Of a stretch of DNA of 64,000 bases, positions 57,711 through 64,000 are shown one piece after another. Each line of letters opens with the position of its first letter. Position 1 is the stretch's first letter. Source of the stretch: an uncultured Poribacteria bacterium (GTDB lineage Bacteria > Poribacteria > WGA-4E > WGA-3G). The notes under the pieces are model-generated. The model had not been told where the DNA came from. It worked only from the letters and a program-made list of their open reading frames with translations, and searched no databases. The stretch covers positions 3,040,001-3,104,000 of the forward strand of contig CATQHZ020000001.1 of assembly GCA_958296135.2 (NCBI GenBank), given 5' to 3'. Made by a program: the position numbers and the translations under genes.

Positions 57711-60700
57711 TATGCACCGTCCTTTGATAGGGTTGAGCCAAGTTTTGCGACTTGGTTTCGCGCCTGTTCCAGAAAATCTTGGTATCTGTCCGCGTCTATA
57801 TGCGCTTTGCCGGCTTGCATATCAAAGGTGAGCGGTTTGCCGAAAACTATGCGGACCGGATGCTTTTTGGGGAGATTTTTTCCTTTCGGGAGCGCGCGAT
57901 AAGTGCCTTCAATGTACGCTGGGATAATCGGCACGTCGGGGGCATAAATCAGCAAGCTGAGGACTCCCTGTTTGAACGGCTGAAGGTTGCCATCAAGCGA
58001 ACGGGTGCCTTCGGGGAAGACAAGCAATCCGTTGTTTTGCGCCATGACTTCGTTTGCCACGCGTAGATCTTGGAGAAACTCGGTGAAGTTGCCCTCCCGT
58101 TCAATTGGGAGCGCGTTGAGGCAGTTTCGCGCGAACCAGCCTTGGAGGCGGTTTGCAAACCAGTAATCGCGTGCGGCGAGCGTCCAGAGCTGATATGCCT
58201 TCGGGCCGAGGGCGGTTATCACCGTGAGTGTATCCAAGTGACTCGTGTGATTCGGCGTGATAATGTAGGGTTTTCCCAGTGGGATGTGCTCGAGCCCGTG
58301 GCACTCTAGTGAGAAATAGTGTTTATAGATGCCACCGATTACGGAGCGGAAGGCGCGCGCGTACCACCGCGGCACCTGCCGAATATCAATTGGTTTCACG
58401 GAGTCGCGAGGTGCTGCGTTATCTTCAGCATCCGACGCGTGGAAGGTCTGCGTGAGTTCAACAACATCGCCGACTGTCTGTAAATTGGCGAGCATCGCGT
58501 CGGGGATGGTGTGGCCGAGGCGCGCTTCCAAGAGAAGCAACAGGTCGAGTCTCATGAGCGAGTCTAGCCCGAGGTCGGTGTCTAAACGGCTTTCTGGACG
58601 AATTTGATTAACGGACATGCGTGCTAACCGCGCGAGAGACGCTAAAATTTCTTCCGGAGTACCTTCTGCAGTCTCGATTACCTCACTTGGAGGCGCGCTT
58701 TGCAAGCGCGCCAGACGTTCCTGAAGCATTGCCTTCACGCGATGCCTATCAATCGCGCCCTCGGCAGTCTTGGGGAGTGCCTCTTCCCACAGATGCGTTT
58801 TGTGAAAGTGCTGATAACTCGGCACCTGTTTGGCGCGCGCCTGAAGATATTTTTGAATCGCTTCCTCGGTAGCGGGATGACAAACCGGGTCTACGGATGT
58901 CGCGTTTGTCTCTTTCGGCACAATGACGGCGTGGATAGCTGTATCGGCCCCGTCTTCATAAGGAATGCCGACGACGCACATCTCCGAAATCGCTGGATGC
59001 TCTTGATAAAGTGCCTCCAATTCCACAGGGTACACATTTTTGCCGGAGGCGGGGACGATAATATCTTTGCAATGCCCCGTGATATAGAGATATCCCTCTG
59101 GGTCCATGAACCCGAGGTCGCCCGTGTAGAGCCATCCATCGCGGATGGCTTTCTCCGTGGCGTTTGGATTTTGGTAGTATCCCTTCATCGTGCTTGGGCC
59201 TTTGGCGATGATTTCACCGATGCCGTTGCTATCAGGGTTTTCGATGTGGAGTTCGACTCCCTCCACCGCCGGTCCGACAGAGTCGCGCTTGCTTTTCAGG
59301 TATGGATTGACGCTGAGGACAGGCGCGGTTTCTGTCATTCCGTAGCCTTGGTAAAGGGTGAGTCCAAACGCTTTAAATTCATCGTAGATTGCGGCGGAGA
59401 GGGCGGCACCGCCGCTGACTAGCACCCGAATCTCCCCTCCCATGACGGCGCGTACCTTCTCTGCCAAAGTCTGCCCTGGCGTTTCGGTTCGTTCGGCCTG
59501 CCGTTTGATAGTGCTCTGGAGCATCTGGAATAGCCGTGGCACACCGATGAAGGCAGTAATTTTCGCTTCACGCATCGTCTTAAGGAGCGTCGTTGGGCGG
59601 AGCGCGTTGACGTAAATCGCTGTTGTGCCGCTGTAAAGTGCCATCAGCAGGCTGCACGAGAAACTCAAGGCGTGATACAGCGGTAGCGCGGACAGGATAC
59701 GTTCGTTATCTGTCGGCGGCAGTGCTTTTGCAACAGCGCGAACGTTAGAAATAAATCCGCCGTGCGTTAACATTGCGCCTTTCGCGTCCACCGTTGTGCC
59801 CATGGTGAAGATGATCGAAGCGACGGTATCGGGCGTAATCTTGACGTTTGGGAAATCGGCGGGGAGCTCCGATGTCGCTGTCATCTGGTTGATGTTCTGC
59901 ACCTGCGGTTTTGCCGCCGTTAATGGCTTGCTGCACTTGGCTAAGACGCTTGCAGATACCAAAATGGATTTCGCTTCGGTGAATTCGGCGATGGCTAACA
60001 TCTCGGGTGCCGGCGTTTGCGCGTCAAGTGGCACTACCGCCACGCCAATCTGGACAGCGGCGAGGTAGGCGATGCACCACTCTGGCTGGTTCTCCGAAAC
60101 GAGGAGGGCCCTGTCACCTTTTCGGAGGCCACTTTTCCACAATTGAAATGCAACTTGGCGCGAGTGCGCGTAGGTTTCCGCGTAAGTGTACTGCACCCAC
60201 TCTCCATCGTTTACCATCTGGAGCGCGATGTTGTTGGGAATGCGCTTTGCCTGTATCTCCACCAAATCGACGATGGTTTTGGGGGAAATCCGGTCGATGG
60301 GGTTTTCTGCATCATCACCGGTCGGACGTAGAAATCCGTCCTTACAATTCTCGTTGGGCAGTTGCGCCTGGGCGGTTGCAGCGGGGGCTTCCGCTTCGTC
60401 GTCAGCATCCGATTGGCTTTGTGCTGCCGAGGTGGCTTCGCCTGCCGTTGGCGCTTCCAATTTCAGCACGTGTCGTTTGATGCCGGGAATATGAATTTCA
60501 TGAAAATACTGCTTCCAGTGGATTTGCGAGACATCAAAGTTAAAGCGTTGCTGTTCTGTCGGGGAGAGTGCCTCCCAGAGTGCCTGCGTTTTCCCTGTCT
60601 CGAACTCAAAGTTGGTGCGGGTGTAAGGGGCGTAAATGCGGATGTAGTGTAGCAGTGCCCTGATGCTGCTCTGCTTCACGACAAGTTTGCGGCGGCGGCG

Positions 60701-62041
60701 TTTGGCGGCGCGCAGCGGTAACCGCGCGAGGCCCTGAATTGCCCTATCAAGCATCCGCATCCGGCTGTCCAATTTCCGTTGGAAGTCCTCTAAACTGGGA
60801 TACTGCCAGACAGGCACCTGAATCGGTTTGCCGTTTTCTAGCATTGGGTTTTCGACAAAATAGTCGTAGGTTGCGTCAACGATGCCGCGGAAATAGAGGG
60901 GATTCTGCGTGCCGGTGGCGACGTGATAGACTTCAATGCCGCCCTTCCGTGCAGTGGCTTCGGCGGCCGCCAAAATGGCGTTCACAACGAAATCGACGGG
61001 AATAATATCGAGGATAATATCTGGTTCTGCGGGGAAATCGGGTAAACGCCCTTTTGCGAAACCGACGATGAGTGGTTCCGACATCCGAAACTTGCCGAGC
61101 CACCCTGGCACGGGTTCTGCGAGACTACTCTCAATAATGGAAGGCCGGATGATAGCCGTGGGGAGTTCGCCGCGCAATTCCATCACCATCTGTTCGCCGA
61201 GGAATTTCATGTAGGTATAGGTATCGTTCCACCCCCGCGAGCGCGCGTGCTTCAACCCTGCCTCAACGAGTCGCGTCTCAAGCCATTCTGCTTGTGCCTC
61301 TTTGACTTGGGCATCGAGTCCTTTGCGGCTGCCCCGTTTATTCTGTTCTGCTCCCTGCTGAAACTGCGCGAGGCGTTCTGGCGAGTCTGCCTCTGCGTAG
61401 ATGGCATCGCTCAGAACTAGCAATTCCTCAACTTCCGCCGAGAGAGTCTGCGGGATGGTTGTGCCAGTCTTCTCCTGATGCTGCGCAGCGTAGACTTGAT
61501 AAGGAGGTGGGAGTTCCTCCGAAACTCGGCCTGGCGCGTGGCCGCAGACATACGCCGTTGAAACGTGCAGGAACACGGCGTTCTGACATCCCCTAGCGAA
61601 GGTGACGACGTGCTTGGCTGCCAGCGCGTTGCCCTTTAACGATTCGTCAAACGGCGGATCGAATTGAACTACCCCGGCGATGTTAATGAAGATTTGCACT
61701 TCGTTCTGCAGCTGTCGGTATTCTTCATCGTTGAGGCCGAGGCGTTCATGCGTGAGTTCGCCTTCAACAGCAAACAGTTTCTGCTTCGCCCAGTCATCAA
61801 AATTCTCGCCGTGCAATTGGCGAAGGGACGCGAACACATCGGAGGTTAACAGTTCGTTCTCTAACCGTTCTTGTGCAGAAGTGCGTTTTCCGTTGGAATC
61901 GGTGCGGCTCCGGATGAGCAGATAAATTTTGTGGACATCCGGAAGCGCGGTCAAAATTTTGGAGACCATGGGCTGCCCGAGGAAGGCGGTGCCGCCTGTT
62001 ATGAGTAGAACTTTCCCGCGAAAAAAATCGGCTATTGACAT
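57710..62041 (-). CDS. Multidomain fatty acyl reductase - acyl-CoA synthetase - ACP - acyltransferase (ElbD-like)
   Basis: FAR: ITGGTAFLG, HVSTAYV, TYTYMK, IRPSII, DIIPVD. Adenylation: IIFTMGTT, GYGMTE, TGDLG, SGKNVYP. ACP: LGLDSL. PlsC-type: NHTSHLD, FPEGTRS. Confidence 0.9.
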   Translation of the reverse strand: MSIADFFRGKVLLITGGTAFLGQPMVSKILTALPDVHKIYLLIRSRTDSNGKRTSAQERLENELLTSDVFASLRQLHGENFDDWAKQKLFAVEGELTHERLGLNDEEYRQLQNEVQIFINIAGVVQFDPPFDESLKGNALAAKHVVTFARGCQNAVFLHVSTAYVCGHAPGRVSEELPPPYQVYAAQHQEKTGTTIPQTLSAEVEELLVLSDAIYAEADSPERLAQFQQGAEQNKRGSRKGLDAQVKEAQAEWLETRLVEAGLKHARSRGWNDTYTYMKFLGEQMVMELRGELPTAIIRPSIIESSLAEPVPGWLGKFRMSEPLIVGFAKGRLPDFPAEPDIILDIIPVDFVVNAILAAAEATARKGGIEVYHVATGTQNPLYFRGIVDATYDYFVENPMLENGKPIQVPVWQYPSLEDFQRKLDSRMRMLDRAIQGLARLPLRAAKRRRRKLVVKQSSIRALLHYIRIYAPYTRTNFEFETGKTQALWEALSPTEQQRFNFDVSQIHWKQYFHEIHIPGIKRHVLKLEAPTAGEATSAAQSQSDADDEAEAPAATAQAQLPNENCKDGFLRPTGDDAENPIDRISPKTIVDLVEIQAKRIPNNIALQMVNDGEWVQYTYAETYAHSRQVAFQLWKSGLRKGDRALLVSENQPEWCIAYLAAVQIGVAVVPLDAQTPAPEMLAIAEFTEAKSILVSASVLAKCSKPLTAAKPQVQNINQMTATSELPADFPNVKITPDTVASIIFTMGTTVDAKGAMLTHGGFISNVRAVAKALPPTDNERILSALPLYHALSFSCSLLMALYSGTTAIYVNALRPTTLLKTMREAKITAFIGVPRLFQMLQSTIKRQAERTETPGQTLAEKVRAVMGGEIRVLVSGGAALSAAIYDEFKAFGLTLYQGYGMTETAPVLSVNPYLKSKRDSVGPAVEGVELHIENPDSNGIGEIIAKGPSTMKGYYQNPNATEKAIRDGWLYTGDLGFMDPEGYLYITGHCKDIIVPASGKNVYPVELEALYQEHPAISEMCVVGIPYEDGADTAIHAVIVPKETNATSVDPVCHPATEEAIQKYLQARAKQVPSYQHFHKTHLWEEALPKTAEGAIDRHRVKAMLQERLARLQSAPPSEVIETAEGTPEEILASLARLARMSVNQIRPESRLDTDLGLDSLMRLDLLLLLEARLGHTIPDAMLANLQTVGDVVELTQTFHASDAEDNAAPRDSVKPIDIRQVPRWYARAFRSVIGGIYKHYFSLECHGLEHIPLGKPYIITPNHTSHLDTLTVITALGPKAYQLWTLAARDYWFANRLQGWFARNCLNALPIEREGNFTEFLQDLRVANEVMAQNNGLLVFPEGTRSLDGNLQPFKQGVLSLLIYAPDVPIIPAYIEGTYRALPKGKNLPKKHPVRIVFGKPLTFDMQAGKAHIDADRYQDFLEQARNQVAKLGSTLSKDGA

Positions 62042-62251
62042 AATTTCCTTTTCGTGTTATCATTCGTAACCGTGATACGACATGATAGGTTTAGTGTGCG
62101 TTTATTGCAAAGAGAAGACTTGGGCAGAACATCTTCGGTAGGCGCGGTTTGTCACCGTGCACGCCGCGAGGGTCCTGTTTCAAAACAAGCCTATCAGTAT
62201 TTCTAAATTTTAACGGATTTTCTGAAAAAAGTCAAGAGGATTGAATGGACG

Positions 62252-63442
62252 ATGTTAACCGAAGAAGATAAACTCCAATTTCTGCGGGAGACTGCGCTGT
62301 TTGCAGCACTCCCGCCGGCGGAATTAAAATTAATCTGCGATATCGCCCGCGAGGTAACTTACCCTGCTGAGGAGACGCTGTTTGAAGAGGGCGACGAAGG
62401 CGATTCACTCTACCTGCTCGTTAATGGCGAAGTCAGCATTATCAAGGCTGAGACCGAGGTGTTGTCTTTCGATGAGCAAGGGTATTGCATCGGCGAGATA
62501 GCCATGATTGATGACCAGGCGCGTAGTGCCACCGTCAAAACGGCGGTTCCGACACAGTTTCTGCAAATTACCCGGCACGACTTTCATGAGGCGATGAGAC
62601 GGGAGCCGCTGATCGGCATCGGCATGTTTCGGGTGCTGAACAACAAAATCCGGCGCGATTTGGAAATTCAGATGGATGCCATCCGCAAGGACATCGCGCA
62701 GGAGGAATCGATGCGGCTCGCCGCGGAGGTGCAACAATCGATTCTACCTAACGAAGAAATTGATACGTTGTGTTTAACCTCTGCCGGGTATTGCAAACCG
62801 ACGAATAGCGTCGGCGGCGACTATTACGATTATCTCTATCTCTCTGGCGACCGGGTGGCCCTCTTCATCGGCGATGTGATGGGGCACGGCTACCACTCGG
62901 CGATGGTGGCGGCGATGACGAAGAGCTGCTTGCAAACCCAAATCCGTTTTGACGCTTCCGTGCCGGAAGTCATGAATGCCATCAATCGCGTCGCAGAGGA
63001 AGACGTGCAGGCGTTTACTTACCAGACTTGCTGTTACGTCATCATTCATCCGGATAACCGGATGGAGTTTTCCAATGCGGGCCATCCCGCGATGCTCCTC
63101 TTCCGGGCCGGGCAGCAGCAGGCGGAGCCTCTTGAACTGAAATCGTCCTTTACGCCTGTTGGCATCTCCAGGTTCCTGTCGCAGCCAGAGACAAACTACT
63201 CCGGCAAAGAACTCGCGTGGTATCCGGGAGACTTGCTCGTCCTTTACTCCGATGGCATCACAGAGGCATTTAACCCAGCATCTGAAATGTATGGGCTCGA
63301 CCGTTTCAAAGCCGTGCTGTCTGAAAAACGGCACTTACCGCCCGCGAACATCAAACAGGCAGTGCTGGCAGACCTCGGGGCGCATCAGCAGAGTGCCGCT
63401 GCCAATGATGATATTACCTTAGTTATCGCGAAATTCCGGTAG
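62252..63442 (+). CDS. cNMP-binding domain fused to SpoIIE/RsbU-type PP2C phosphatase
   Basis: LFEEGDEGDSLY..GEIAMID..RSAT; VGGDYYD, GDVMGHG, NAGHP, YSDGITE, DDITL. Confidence 0.93.
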   Translation: MLTEEDKLQFLRETALFAALPPAELKLICDIAREVTYPAEETLFEEGDEGDSLYLLVNGEVSIIKAETEVLSFDEQGYCIGEIAMIDDQARSATVKTAVPTQFLQITRHDFHEAMRREPLIGIGMFRVLNNKIRRDLEIQMDAIRKDIAQEESMRLAAEVQQSILPNEEIDTLCLTSAGYCKPTNSVGGDYYDYLYLSGDRVALFIGDVMGHGYHSAMVAAMTKSCLQTQIRFDASVPEVMNAINRVAEEDVQAFTYQTCCYVIIHPDNRMEFSNAGHPAMLLFRAGQQQAEPLELKSSFTPVGISRFLSQPETNYSGKELAWYPGDLLVLYSDGITEAFNPASEMYGLDRFKAVLSEKRHLPPANIKQAVLADLGAHQQSAAANDDITLVIAKFR

Positions 63443-63467
63443 GAGCGATTCAAAAAGGCTGCTCATA

Positions 63468-63648
63468 CCGTGGCGCGGGGGCCTGTCTCCCGCAATCGTT
63501 GATTGTGATCGGTTTGATCGATGCCTGACGAGGGGAACCCTCGGCGATTCGCTATCGCCGGGCCCTCGCCCTACGGTATCCGGGGCCCTGGCGGCACGGC
63601 GAGGGAAACCCTCGGCGATTCGTGCTCGCTGGGCCCTCGCCCTACGGT
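63468..63648. repeat. REP cluster between convergent genes
   Basis: GTGGCGCGGGGGCCTGTCTCCCGC and two GAGGGAAACCCTCGGCGATTCG..GGGCCCTCGCCCTACGG units. Confidence 0.85.
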
Positions 63649-63659
63649 GCCAAGCAATT

Positions 63660-64000
63660 CTATAACCGAGCCACTGCGTAATGCAGAATATTCTCCATCA
63701 ACGCCTTATTCATCGTCGTCGTATATTGGCTATCGTTGCGGAGGCTGGTAATGATATAGAGCCCCTTGCCATATTTGCGCACGCCGACAACGAGTTCGTT
63801 CCCTCCCGGGGTTGTCGCCAAAATTTCGTCACGTCGTTCCCACTTCTTCCATGAATCATCAATAAAGATTGTGCCGGACTCGATCTTGTTCGGTGTGGAG
63901 AAGAGTGAACTGCCCTTTTTTGTCACGACAAAATTTTGCGTCGGGGGGCTCTCTACGCCTTTCAGTTTGCCGTGTAGCCATCCGATGCCGCAAGGATTTT
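63660..64000 (-). CDS. C-terminal part of a hypothetical protein (runs off the window)
   Basis: Open frame ending ..YGKGLYIITSL..ALMENILHYAVARL. Confidence 0.55.
   Translation of the reverse strand, partial: NPCGIGWLHGKLKGVESPPTQNFVVTKKGSSLFSTPNKIESGTIFIDDSWKKWERRDEILATTPGGNELVVGVRKYGKGLYIITSLRNDSQYTTTMNKALMENILHYAVARL

Overview
Bacterial chromosomal window, GC-rich overall. By inference it comes from Candidatus Poribacteria or a relative: secreted proteins end in a V-x-P-x-x-x-L-x-T-x-W-x-x-(I/L/M)-K tail, and there are PQQ-type propellers, Gfo/Idh/MocA enzymes and an ElbD-like lipid enzyme. Housekeeping genes (purC, dusB, dapF, dapA, alr, potBC, nuoABC, phhB) are mixed with accessory loci. 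Top candidate for an undescribed system is the 9.5-17 kb island. There a DNA phosphorothioation module dndCDE (no dndA/B/FGH in the window) converges on a three-gene operon: ParB-like CTPase-fold protein, ParB-HTH-only protein, MBL/beta-CASP nuclease. That operon is headed by two tandem ~170-180 nt structured RNA-like units, each with its own sigma70-type promoter. A third, unrelated ~210 nt closed multi-hairpin element sits before dndC. Second major signal: several families of GTAG/GTAA REP-like palindromes, with a RAYT transposase remnant, sit in-frame inside protein-coding genes, most strikingly a ~6x48-bp array in alr. Also present: a 4-copy mosaic array of PD-(D/E)xK-like genes, a type IIG/ISP-like RM enzyme, a decayed toxin-antitoxin locus and an ether-lipid-type FAR-ACS-ACP-acyltransferase megaenzyme. 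All calls come from reading motifs by eye; no database searches or folding programs were run.
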